Positions 17,208-25,403 of a DNA stretch of 58,754 nt are shown piece after piece. Both the position numbers and the translations under genes were made by a program. Below the pieces are notes generated by a model, which was given only the letters and a program-made list of their open reading frames with translations, had not been told where the DNA came from and ran no database searches. Origin of the DNA: an uncultured Mycoplasmatota bacterium (GTDB taxonomy: Bacteria; Bacillota_I; Bacilli_A; RF39; UBA660). Positions within the stretch are counted from its first letter, which is position 1. Every line of letters starts with the position of its first letter. The stretch is from NCBI GenBank assembly GCA_945872435.1, contig CAMBYP010000002.1, positions 1 through 58,754 on the forward strand. Reading direction: 5' to 3'.

Positions 17208-18716
17208 ATGAAGGAGAAAGGAATTTATTTATTATTAAGTATTCCAATTATTATGAGTTTATTTTTTTTAACAACATTTATGTTTATGAAATTAAAATTA
17301 AATGGAAAACCAGTCATGATTGTAAATTATCAGCAAGAATTTAATGACCCTGGAGCAGTTGGTACTATTTTGGGACAAAGGGCTACTGTCAAAGTACACG
17401 GAAAAGTAAACACAAATCAAATTGGTACTTATGAATTAGTATATGAATTAGAAAATAAAATTGGTATGAAGCGAAAACTTACACGCAAAGTAATTGTACA
17501 ATCAAATAAACAACCAACCATTATTTTAAAGGGAAATGAAGTAGAATATGTTACTTTAAATAGTAATTATGAAGAACCAGGTTATCAGGCATTTGATGTT
17601 GAAAAAAATGATTTAAGTGATGAAGTAACAGTTCAAGGACAAGTTAATACAAAAGAGTTTGGAATGTATGTAATTAAGTATGAAGTTAAAGATAAAAGCG
17701 GAAATGTAACAGTAAAAAAGCGCAAAGTAATTGTAAAAGATCATGTAAAACCAGTGATTACTTTAAAGGGGTATCAAGCAATTACTTTATTTGAAGATGA
17801 AGAATATCAAGAACCAGGATATCAAGCAACAGATAATATTGATAAAGATATTACTAATCATGTTATTGTAAAAAATAATATAAAAAAAGAACAAGGAATT
17901 TACCAAGTAACATATCAAGTGACAGATTCTAGTGGTAATACCACAAAACAAGAAAGACAGATATATGTAATAAAACATTTAAAATACAAGGATGAATATC
18001 GTAAAATCAGTAATGTCAGTAAAGGGTGGTGGACTGACAATAAAAAAAATAATAAAAGACCATTAGGAGGAAATTATGGAAAATCATTAGAAACATATCA
18101 TGCTTATTATTTAGGAGAAAATAAAAAAATAATATATTTAACTTTCGATGAAGGTGGAAATGATACCTACATGAAAGAAATTGTTCGTGTATTAAATAAA
18201 AATCATGTAAAAGCAACTTTTTTCTTATGTCAAAATTATATTGCAACAAATAGTAATTTTATAAAAGAAATGGTAAGTGCTGGACATAGTATTGGTAATC
18301 ATACGCATCATCATAAAAACATGCCTAGTTTAGCAACTGAACAAAATATTGATGAATATGTAAAAGAAATAAAAGAAGTAGAACATATTTATCACCAAAT
18401 AACAGGCCAAGAAATGGATAAAATTTATCGTGAACCAAAAGGAGAATGGAGCGAACGATCATTAAAAATAGCGAGTGATTTAGGTTATTCAACGTATTTT
18501 TGGAGTGCAGACCATTATGATTTTGCTGAAGATATATCCAAAGAGGAAACATTAAATAGGTTACTCCTTAGATATCATAATGGAGCAATTTACCTATTAC
18601 ATCCAAAAAATAAAGGAAATTATGAGGCTTTAGAAGATTTTATTAAAATTATGAAGAAAAAAGGATATCAATTTGGATTAGTTAAAGATATAAAACATCA
18701 TGTAAGTCATAGTTAA
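17208..18716 (+). CDS. membrane-anchored polysaccharide deacetylase (PdaA-like NodB domain) with three Ig-like (DUF5011-type) repeats
   Basis: N-terminal TM. Three ~75-aa repeats (...EPGYQA.D...D.T..V......G.Y...Y.V.D.SGN...). C-terminal YLTFDEGGND...ATFF...GHSIGNHTHHH. Confidence 0.8.
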   Translation: MKEKGIYLLLSIPIIMSLFFLTTFMFMKLKLNGKPVMIVNYQQEFNDPGAVGTILGQRATVKVHGKVNTNQIGTYELVYELENKIGMKRKLTRKVIVQSNKQPTIILKGNEVEYVTLNSNYEEPGYQAFDVEKNDLSDEVTVQGQVNTKEFGMYVIKYEVKDKSGNVTVKKRKVIVKDHVKPVITLKGYQAITLFEDEEYQEPGYQATDNIDKDITNHVIVKNNIKKEQGIYQVTYQVTDSSGNTTKQERQIYVIKHLKYKDEYRKISNVSKGWWTDNKKNNKRPLGGNYGKSLETYHAYYLGENKKIIYLTFDEGGNDTYMKEIVRVLNKNHVKATFFLCQNYIATNSNFIKEMVSAGHSIGNHTHHHKNMPSLATEQNIDEYVKEIKEVEHIYHQITGQEMDKIYREPKGEWSERSLKIASDLGYSTYFWSADHYDFAEDISKEETLNRLLLRYHNGAIYLLHPKNKGNYEALEDFIKIMKKKGYQFGLVKDIKHHVSHS

Positions 18717-18773
18717 TTTTCTATGCAAAACCATTTATTTATAGTATAATGAAGGCATAAGGAGTGTTGTCAT

Positions 18774-20138
18774 ATGACAAAGAATAAAAAAATAGATGAT
18801 ATAAAAAGTAGCGAAGAACAAACATTAAATAAAAGTAATTCTAAATTATTTATTATTTTAACAACTTTGTTTTTTATTATTATCAGTTTTTCTGCATATT
18901 ATGTATTTACATCAAATCCTAAAAGAATATTTATGTTATCGGTAAGTTCTTTTAATCGTAAATTAAATAATGTATATCATAAGACAAATCAAAATTATTT
19001 TAATAAACTAACGATGAATGGAATATTTCATATGAATGTTGATTTCAAAAATAATGAACAAGAAGAATACACTAATATGAATCAATTTTTAAAAAATTTA
19101 AATCAAACTAACTTTAAGTATGAATATAAGCAGGACATAACTGCTAAAAAATTATATTTTCAATTAATCCCAGTATTAAATAATGAAAAAATTACAGAAA
19201 TGAATTATTATAATGAAAATAATAATCAGTATTTACTAATAGATGAAGTAGCTAAAGAATATTTAAAATTAGAGCAATTTCCTATTTTTGAAATGATAAC
19301 TAATCAAAAAATAGACGATTACAATTATATTATGAACATTATAAAAGATAGTGTATTTGAAAATTTAAAAGAAAAAGAATTTATATCTAGCGATGTAAAA
19401 ATTAAATTGGATGGAAAAGAACAAGCAGTTAAAAAAATTGAACTATCTCTAGATGAAAAACGAATTCAAGAAATTTTAAATAAAGTGATAGACGATTTAC
19501 AACAAGATAAAAAGGCAAATAATATTTTAACAAAACTTTATCCAGAATTTCATAAATATAAAAATGAAAGTGTAGATGATAAAAATTCATCAGTATTCCA
19601 TTTTATTATTTACACAAAAAAGCTTTCAAATGATCCATTAAAATATGCATTTACTATTACCGATAGTTATACAAAAAAAGAAATAGGTTTAGCTTTTACA
19701 GATGGAAAAACAAAAGAATTAGAATTTATACAAAATGAAAAAGTTATTTATACATTGGAGATAACAGGTAATGAAGAAAAATTTCAGTTTGAATTAAAAG
19801 ATAATAAAGGAAATCGTTTAGGATATGGAAAAGGAAATATTCAAACAAATAAAATTTCATTTGAAGCTTGGTTAGAATTAAATAAAGATATAAAAATGAA
19901 TTATCAAATAAAATTAAATCAAGAAAATGAAAAAACAACTTCAAAAATGAAAATGATAATTCAAAATCATAAAAATGAAGAATTATTATCTATAGAATTA
20001 GACGATGAACATACTTCAAAAGAAGAAGTAAATATGAATATAGATACAGAAAATAGTAGAAAATTTACAGAAGAAGATGCATATAAACTTATAACGTGGA
20101 TTCAAAATGTAATATCAAATTATGTAACAATAGAATAG
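18774..20138 (+). CDS. hypothetical membrane-anchored protein (one N-terminal TM, Lys/Asn-rich ectodomain)
   Basis: 454-aa ORF behind RBS AAGGAG; TM segment LFIILTTLFFIIISFSAYYVF. Confidence 0.7.
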   Translation: MTKNKKIDDIKSSEEQTLNKSNSKLFIILTTLFFIIISFSAYYVFTSNPKRIFMLSVSSFNRKLNNVYHKTNQNYFNKLTMNGIFHMNVDFKNNEQEEYTNMNQFLKNLNQTNFKYEYKQDITAKKLYFQLIPVLNNEKITEMNYYNENNNQYLLIDEVAKEYLKLEQFPIFEMITNQKIDDYNYIMNIIKDSVFENLKEKEFISSDVKIKLDGKEQAVKKIELSLDEKRIQEILNKVIDDLQQDKKANNILTKLYPEFHKYKNESVDDKNSSVFHFIIYTKKLSNDPLKYAFTITDSYTKKEIGLAFTDGKTKELEFIQNEKVIYTLEITGNEEKFQFELKDNKGNRLGYGKGNIQTNKISFEAWLELNKDIKMNYQIKLNQENEKTTSKMKMIIQNHKNEELLSIELDDEHTSKEEVNMNIDTENSRKFTEEDAYKLITWIQNVISNYVTIE

Positions 20139-20163
20139 AAAGATTTTAAAATCTTTCTTTTTC
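20137..20163 (+). terminator. Rho-independent terminator
   Basis: AGAAAGAT...ATCTTTCT stem followed by a T run. Confidence 0.8.
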
Positions 20164-20185
20164 TTTGAAAAAAAAGAAAAAAATG

Positions 20186-20215
20186 TTGACAATTAAAAAT
20201 ATGATGTGTTATAAT
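20186..20215 (+). promoter_or_regulatory. sigma-A promoter of tRNA-Ala
   Basis: TTGACA, 18 nt spacer, TGtTATAAT. Confidence 0.7.
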
Positions 20216-20238
20216 CAATTTGTCTTCAAAAATGAAGT

Positions 20239-20315
20239 GGGGGATTAGCTCAGTTGGCTAGAGCATCTGCCTTGCACGCAGGGGGTCGCGGGTTCGAATC
20301 CCACATCCTCCACCA
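20239..20315 (+). tRNA. tRNA-Ala(UGC)
   Basis: GGGGGATTAGCTCAGTTGG..., G3:U70 identity pair, anticodon loop CTTGCAC, GGTTCGAATCC, ends CTCCACCA. Confidence 0.88.
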
Positions 20316-20325
20316 TATGGATTAT

Positions 20326-20353
20326 AACGAACAATCAAGTTCGTTTTTTTTTT
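20326..20353 (+). terminator. Rho-independent terminator 1 after tRNA-Ala
   Basis: AACGAAC...GTTCGTT stem followed by T10. Confidence 0.85.
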
Positions 20354-20367
20354 ACATTTTGACTGTC

Positions 20368-20394
20368 AAGAAGTAAAAATTTACTTCTTTTTTT
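20368..20394 (+). terminator. second tandem terminator-like hairpin
   Basis: AAGAAGTAA-aaat-TTACTTCTT followed by T6. Confidence 0.6.
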
Positions 20395-20439
20395 GACAAT
20401 TTATGTTATGATAATATTGAACATAAAGGAGGATTAGAT

Positions 20440-21183
20440 ATGTTAAATGGAAAAGTAGCAGTTGTAACTGGTGGAACTAGAGGAATTGGATTAGCAACAG
20501 TTCGTAAATTTTTACAAAATGGTGCCACTGTAGTTTTATTTGGTAGCCGTACGGAAACAGTGGAAAAAACTGTAACAACTTTAAAAGAAGAAAATGCTTC
20601 TTATGAAGTGATGGGCTTATATCCAAATATTTCAGATTTAAAAGAAGTGGAACAAGCATTTCAAGTAATTGTTCAAAAATATGGACACATTGATATTTTA
20701 GTAAATAATGCTGGAATTTCTGCAAGAGAAAGTATTTATGATTATACTGAAGAAAATTTTGATAAAATTATTGATTTGAATGTAAAAGGTGTATTTAATT
20801 GTTCTAAAGCAGTTGTTCCATACATGAAAAAACAAGGTGATGGAGTTATTTTAAATACAAGCTCTATGGTTAGTATTTATGGTCAAGCTGCAGGTTGTGG
20901 ATATCCAACTAGCAAATTTGCTGTTAATGGTCTTACAAAGTCACTTGCTAGAGAATTAGGTAAAGATCATATTCGTGTAAATGCAGTTGCACCTGGAGTA
21001 ATTCATACAGAAATGGTAGATGTATTACCAAAAGAAGTTATTCAACCAATTATTGATAGTATTCCAATTGGAAGAATGGGAGAACCAGAAGATATTGCAA
21101 ATGCTTTCTTATTTTTAGCAAGTTCACAAGCAAGCTTTATTACAGGAGCAATTTTATCAGTAGATGGTGCTGGTATGTGTTAA
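20440..21183 (+). CDS. short-chain dehydrogenase/reductase (FabG-like; substrate unknown)
   Basis: VTGGTRGIG, NNAGI, S...YPTSK catalytic motif, PGVIHT; 247 aa. Confidence 0.88.
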   Translation: MLNGKVAVVTGGTRGIGLATVRKFLQNGATVVLFGSRTETVEKTVTTLKEENASYEVMGLYPNISDLKEVEQAFQVIVQKYGHIDILVNNAGISARESIYDYTEENFDKIIDLNVKGVFNCSKAVVPYMKKQGDGVILNTSSMVSIYGQAAGCGYPTSKFAVNGLTKSLARELGKDHIRVNAVAPGVIHTEMVDVLPKEVIQPIIDSIPIGRMGEPEDIANAFLFLASSQASFITGAILSVDGAGMC

Positions 21184-21196
21184 AAAAAAGAGTATA

Positions 21197-21529
21197 TTAC
21201 TCTTTTTCTTTTAATTTCCAATATTGATCATACATTTTTTGCACTCCATTTTCTAACGAATAATAATAAAAAATATAAGGAATTAATAAACATAACAATA
21301 GACAAAATAAAATTAATAATTCAACATGAGAAGATATAATTGCCCCAATAAAACAAATCATACTTAAAAGTGAAAATATTCCAGTTACTATAAGATGAAT
21401 TAATCTTTCATGTTGATAAAAATAAATTTGTTGCAAATGTTTTGAAATAATTTCTTGTAATTGTTCTGGCTTATTTTGTAGTAAAATGGAGTCTATTTTA
21501 GATAAATATGATTTTAATTGTTTATTCAT
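21197..21529 (-). CDS. hypothetical small membrane protein
   Basis: Start set at MNKQLK behind AGGTGA; two predicted TM helices. Confidence 0.6.
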   Translation of the reverse strand: MNKQLKSYLSKIDSILLQNKPEQLQEIISKHLQQIYFYQHERLIHLIVTGIFSLLSMICFIGAIISSHVELLILFCLLLCLLIPYIFYYYSLENGVQKMYDQYWKLKEKE

Positions 21530-21629
21530 AGTATCACCTAAATATATTATAACAAAAAGTGTCAAATTAAGTAGCAAATAAATGTAAAGTTGATAGTTTA
21601 TGGTAAAAATTTACATATATATAATGTAA

Positions 21630-21771
21630 ACTATGCTACAATGAAAATAGGTGGAGACACTCAATGAAGCAGGGGTTGAATAGTGTTTTAAACGGTTGAT
21701 TGTTTATTAACAAAATAGCTTCAATTCGATAAAGTCGGTAAGCAAAGAAAGAAGATTTATCTTCTTTTTTT
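21630..21771 (+). promoter_or_regulatory. candidate structured 5' leader or small RNA, with micro-ORF (21664..21699) and terminator (21748..21771)
   Basis: TATAAT at 21620-21625. AGGTGGAG, then 7 nt, then an ATG opening 11 codons (MKQGLNSVLNG). ACACT/AGTGT hairpin around that ATG. AAAGAAGA-ttta-TCTTCTTT plus a T run just before the next operon. Confidence 0.3.
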
Positions 21772-21805
21772 GTTTTCTATGCATAAAATTTTATTAGGTG
21801 AGATA

Positions 21806-22201
21806 ATGAACGATAATGTTGTGTTAAATCCATTTATGATAAGTATTGATTTAGAAAGTCCAATTACAGTAGAAAAAAATAATCCTATCCCTTTTTTTCA
21901 GATAGAAATCGACAAATTAAAAACTATCATATATGATTCAAAAACTTCCTATTTTAAGTTCAAAGAAATGGGGGATTATTATATAAATTATCAGTTTAAG
22001 ACAGATAAAACATACCATATATCATTACAAGGAAATATGAAATATTTTGAAGCAGATTCTTTTCCTGTTATCCATAGTAGTCATGGAAGTGGTATTATTA
22101 CAGTGGAAAAACCAGATACTTTTTTTTATTTTACATGTGTAGATGAAAATATAAAATTGATGGAAGGAAAAACGATAGTTACAATTTTTAAAGTAAAATA
22201 A
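21806..22201 (+). CDS. hypothetical protein (beta-rich, 131 aa)
   Basis: Start set at MNDNVV behind AGGTGA; no recognisable motif. Confidence 0.65.
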   Translation: MNDNVVLNPFMISIDLESPITVEKNNPIPFFQIEIDKLKTIIYDSKTSYFKFKEMGDYYINYQFKTDKTYHISLQGNMKYFEADSFPVIHSSHGSGIITVEKPDTFFYFTCVDENIKLMEGKTIVTIFKVK

Positions 22202-22202
22202 T

Positions 22203-22427
22203 ATGATTTTTAGATTATTTGGAATTTTTGTGGGATTTGGTTTCACTGTAATTGGAAGTATATACCTTATTTCTTACTTAAATTTATTTTCGTTTGGGTA
22301 TAATTTTAATGATTATGTTCATTTTATATGTGGACAGATTGAATGTTTATATTTTTTAATAGGAATTTCAATCATGTTACTTTCTATTTATATACCAGGA
22401 GGGAAAAAGGATGAACTATGTTTATGA
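22203..22427 (+). CDS. small membrane protein (74 aa, two TM)
   Basis: Starts 1 nt after the previous stop; hydrophobic segments FGIFVGFGFTVIGSIYLI and LYFLIGISIMLLSIYI. Confidence 0.55.
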   Translation: MIFRLFGIFVGFGFTVIGSIYLISYLNLFSFGYNFNDYVHFICGQIECLYFLIGISIMLLSIYIPGGKKDELCL

Positions 22428-23052
22428 CATCTTACTAAATTTTCAAGAGTATGCATATGATTTTTTTGAATGGAATATTGATGATGAAATTACACACATA
22501 AGGAAAATACCAATGTTTCGTATTTCTAAAGAAAATGTTGATATTTTAAATCATTATCAATGTCAAGTACCAGAATCTTTTTTTAAAAAAATAGAAAATA
22601 AATCTGAGGAATTTACAAAAAGAACTGTTGAAAAAATTCCATATTTGTTTTTAGTTACAGATACGAAAAGAGTCCTTGCTTGTATGTTAAATGAAAAAGG
22701 AATTGTCGTAAAAAAGAGTCAATTATTAGTTGATGAAGAAGTAGAGGCTTTAATCATGAGTAAAAAATTACCATATAGTAATCTTGATATTAAAAAAATG
22801 AAAAAGAAAAAAAGAAAAGAATTTGAAACTAGAAATGATCAAATGTTGAAAAAAAGATTAAAGCAAGAAATTTATAAATTAAGTCAGCAAAATATTGAAA
22901 AATTAAAATATCTGTATTATGAATGTTTTGATGAAGTAGAAACAAATTCTAAAAAAATTATTCACAAGTTTTATAAAGAATTGAATTATCATTATCAACA
23001 AATTTCTAAAAAATTATTAAATGGGTTGGATTTATTAAAAGTAAATTATTAA
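22411..23052 (+). CDS. YjbA/UPF0736 (DUF3603)-like protein
   Basis: N-terminus MNYVYDILLNFQE...FFEWNIDDEI...IPMFRIS...LFLVTD parallels my memory of B. subtilis YjbA (LYLHDVWVNWFE...[20 protein letters not shown]...FVVTD). Confidence 0.5.
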   Translation: MNYVYDILLNFQEYAYDFFEWNIDDEITHIRKIPMFRISKENVDILNHYQCQVPESFFKKIENKSEEFTKRTVEKIPYLFLVTDTKRVLACMLNEKGIVVKKSQLLVDEEVEALIMSKKLPYSNLDIKKMKKKKRKEFETRNDQMLKKRLKQEIYKLSQQNIEKLKYLYYECFDEVETNSKKIIHKFYKELNYHYQQISKKLLNGLDLLKVNY

Positions 23053-23055
23053 TAT

Positions 23056-23083
23056 TTGACAATATATGAAAACGTGATATAAT
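23056..23083 (+). promoter_or_regulatory. sigma-A promoter of the asnS leader
   Basis: TTGACA, 16 nt spacer, TGaTATAAT. Confidence 0.7.
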
Positions 23084-23089
23084 GAAACC

Positions 23090-23312
23090 ATTAACAACAA
23101 AGAAGTGGAGAAGTATAAAAGAATACTGTTTACTAGAAAGCTGGAATGATGGAAGCCGGCAAATAAGTACTTTTAGAATAACACCATGGAGTTGGATACT
23201 TGAAAGATAGTAGGGTATCACGCGAATCTGCGTTATGAGGTAAGAGATCAAGGTAACTTGAAATAGGGTGGTACCGTGCATTTGCGCCCCTATGTCAAGT
23301 GCCTTTTTATTT
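23090..23312 (+). promoter_or_regulatory. T-box riboswitch leader (probable Asn specifier AAU)
   Basis: Conserved T-box sequence AATAGGGTGGTACCGTG at 23262-23278. Terminator GCATTTG...CAAGTGC plus a T run. Candidate specifier loop GGC-A-AAU-A-AGUA at 23161-23165. Confidence 0.85.
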
Positions 23313-23326
23313 TTAGGAGGATTAAT

Positions 23327-24709
23327 ATGGATGTAAAAGAATTATATGAATCATTAGATAGTTTAATGGGAAAAGAAGTGACATTACAAGGTTGGGTTCG
23401 AAATCATCGTAAACAGAAGGAGTTTGGATTTATTGATTTTTATGATGGAACTTGTTTTGAATCTGTTCAATTAATATATGATAATCAATTAAATGATTTT
23501 GAAGAAATACAAAAAATTCGTGTTGGAAGTGCTATTTCAGTAACTGGTATGGTGGAAGAATCACCAGCAAAGGGACAAAAATTTGAAATCAACGTAAAAC
23601 AATTAGAATTATTAGGAGATAGTGCTGAAGATTTTCCAATTCAACCAAAACGTCATACAAGAGAGTTTTTAAGAGAAGTATCTTATTTAAGACCAAGAAC
23701 TAAATTGTTTCAAGCAGTATATCGTGTTCGTAGTATTGCTGCAATGGCAATTCATACATATTTTCAAGAACATGGGTATGTTTATTTTCATGCACCATTA
23801 ATTACTGCGAATGATGGTGAAGGTGCTGGAGAAATGTTTAAATTAACTACATTACCATTAGAAAATATTCCAAAATCAGAAGATGGAAGTGTAGACTATA
23901 AAAAAGATTTCTTTGGAAAAAAAGTAGGACTTACTGTCACTGGACAATTAGAAGCTGAAGCATTTGCAATGGCATATAAAAAAGTATATACATTTGGTCC
24001 AACTTTTCGTGCTGAAGAATCTCATACAAAAACCCATGCTTCAGAATTTTGGATGATAGAACCAGAAATTGCTTTTTGTGATTTAAATCAATTAATGAAT
24101 ATTGAAGAAGAAATGTTAAAGTATGTTATTTCTTATTGCTTAGAACACGCAAAAAGTGAGTTTGACTTTTTCAATCAATTTGTTGAAAAAGGAATTAAGG
24201 AAAAATTACAAGCAGTTGTTGATAGTAAATTTGTAAGAGCAACTCATCATGAAGTAATTCAAATTTTGAAAAATGCACCAGTTAAATTTGAAAATGAACC
24301 ACAAGAAGGAGAAGATCTTGCTACAGAACATGAAAAATATTTAACAGAAGTATATTATAAAGCTCCAGTATTTATTACTGATTGGCCAAAAGATATTAAA
24401 GCGTTCTATATGAGAATTAACGATGATCAAAAAACAGTTGCAGCAGTTGATTTATTAGTACCAGGAGCTGGTGAACTAATGGGTGGTAGTCAAAGAGAAG
24501 AACGTTATGAGCGATTAATTGGTCGTATGGATGAATTAAATATGAAAAAAGAAGGTTTAGATTGGTATTTAAATTTAAGAAAATATGGAGGTTGTGTACA
24601 TTCTGGATTTGGAATGGGATTTGAAAGATTATTAATTTATTTAACAGGAGTAGAAAATATTAGAGATGTATTACCATTCCCAAGAACACCTGGTAATTGT
24701 GAATTTTAA
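23327..24709 (+). CDS. asnS: asparaginyl-tRNA synthetase
   Basis: Class IIb aaRS with an OB N-domain; FRAEESHTKTHASEFWMIEPE and GGSQREER motifs. Start behind TAGGAGG. Confidence 0.92.
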   Translation: MDVKELYESLDSLMGKEVTLQGWVRNHRKQKEFGFIDFYDGTCFESVQLIYDNQLNDFEEIQKIRVGSAISVTGMVEESPAKGQKFEINVKQLELLGDSAEDFPIQPKRHTREFLREVSYLRPRTKLFQAVYRVRSIAAMAIHTYFQEHGYVYFHAPLITANDGEGAGEMFKLTTLPLENIPKSEDGSVDYKKDFFGKKVGLTVTGQLEAEAFAMAYKKVYTFGPTFRAEESHTKTHASEFWMIEPEIAFCDLNQLMNIEEEMLKYVISYCLEHAKSEFDFFNQFVEKGIKEKLQAVVDSKFVRATHHEVIQILKNAPVKFENEPQEGEDLATEHEKYLTEVYYKAPVFITDWPKDIKAFYMRINDDQKTVAAVDLLVPGAGELMGGSQREERYERLIGRMDELNMKKEGLDWYLNLRKYGGCVHSGFGMGFERLLIYLTGVENIRDVLPFPRTPGNCEF

Positions 24710-24734
24710 AAGAGAAATATTTCTCTTTTTTTTG
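24708..24734 (+). terminator. Rho-independent terminator
   Basis: AGAGAA-atat-TTCTCT followed by T8. Confidence 0.75.
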
Positions 24735-24778
24735 TATAAAAAAAACAAAATTTTCCATAATAAAAAAGAGGTGAAACT

Positions 24779-25333
24779 ATGAAAAAAATCATATTATTAA
24801 GCTTTTTATTTTTATTATTCATAAGTGGTTGTTCCTATCAAGAAACAATGTTAAATACTCCTACAAAAAAAGTTGAAATGTTTTTTTCAAATTATCAAAC
24901 TTTAAATAAAAGTGTTATGGATGATTTAGATAAAGTTGTCGATGAAGAAGAAAGATTTAATACAAAACAAAGAGAAAGTTATCGCGAACTTATGAAAAAG
25001 CATTATCAATCTATTCAATATGATATCAAGGATGAAAAAATAAATGGTGATCAAGCTGAAGTGAGAGTAGAAGTCGAAGTAATTGATTATTCTAAAATTT
25101 TACAAGATGCTGATAATTATTTAGAAGATCATCGTGATGAATTTTTAGATAAAGATGGAGAGTATAGTGAAACAAAGTATATGAATTATCGATTAGAAAA
25201 GTTGAAAGAAGCGAAAGAAACCGTAAAATACAATATGATTTTCCATTTGACAAAAAAGGATAAAATATGGCAAATGGATGCTTTAACAAAAGAACAGGAA
25301 CAAAAAATACATGGGATGTATATTTATTCTTAA
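24779..25333 (+). CDS. putative lipoprotein
   Basis: Signal peptide with lipobox LFISGC; 184 aa; RBS AGAGGTGA. Confidence 0.7.
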   Translation: MKKIILLSFLFLLFISGCSYQETMLNTPTKKVEMFFSNYQTLNKSVMDDLDKVVDEEERFNTKQRESYRELMKKHYQSIQYDIKDEKINGDQAEVRVEVEVIDYSKILQDADNYLEDHRDEFLDKDGEYSETKYMNYRLEKLKEAKETVKYNMIFHLTKKDKIWQMDALTKEQEQKIHGMYIYS

Positions 25334-25358
25334 AGTATATTAAATATACTTTTTTTTT
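25333..25358 (+). terminator. Rho-independent terminator
   Basis: AAGTATAT...ATATACTT stem followed by T9. Confidence 0.75.
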
Positions 25359-25403
25359 GAACATATATTTTTTTATGATGCATATTTTTAATTAGGTGAT
25401 AGC

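Noticed and set aside
20239-20315. C-A mismatch in the T stem of tRNA-Ala (GCGGG/CCCAC) as a sign of a pseudo-tRNA
   Set aside because: The rest of the cloverleaf, the G3:U70 identity pair, the encoded CCA, and a dedicated promoter and terminator all argue for a functional gene.
21630-21771. Leader region as small SRP (4.5S) RNA, because of GAAGCAG
   Set aside because: The conserved domain IV context (GUCCGGAAGGAAGCAGC with a symmetric loop) is absent, and a long closing helix cannot be drawn.
23006-23281. 91-aa minus-strand ORF
   Set aside because: It lies antisense to the asnS T-box leader and has no RBS.
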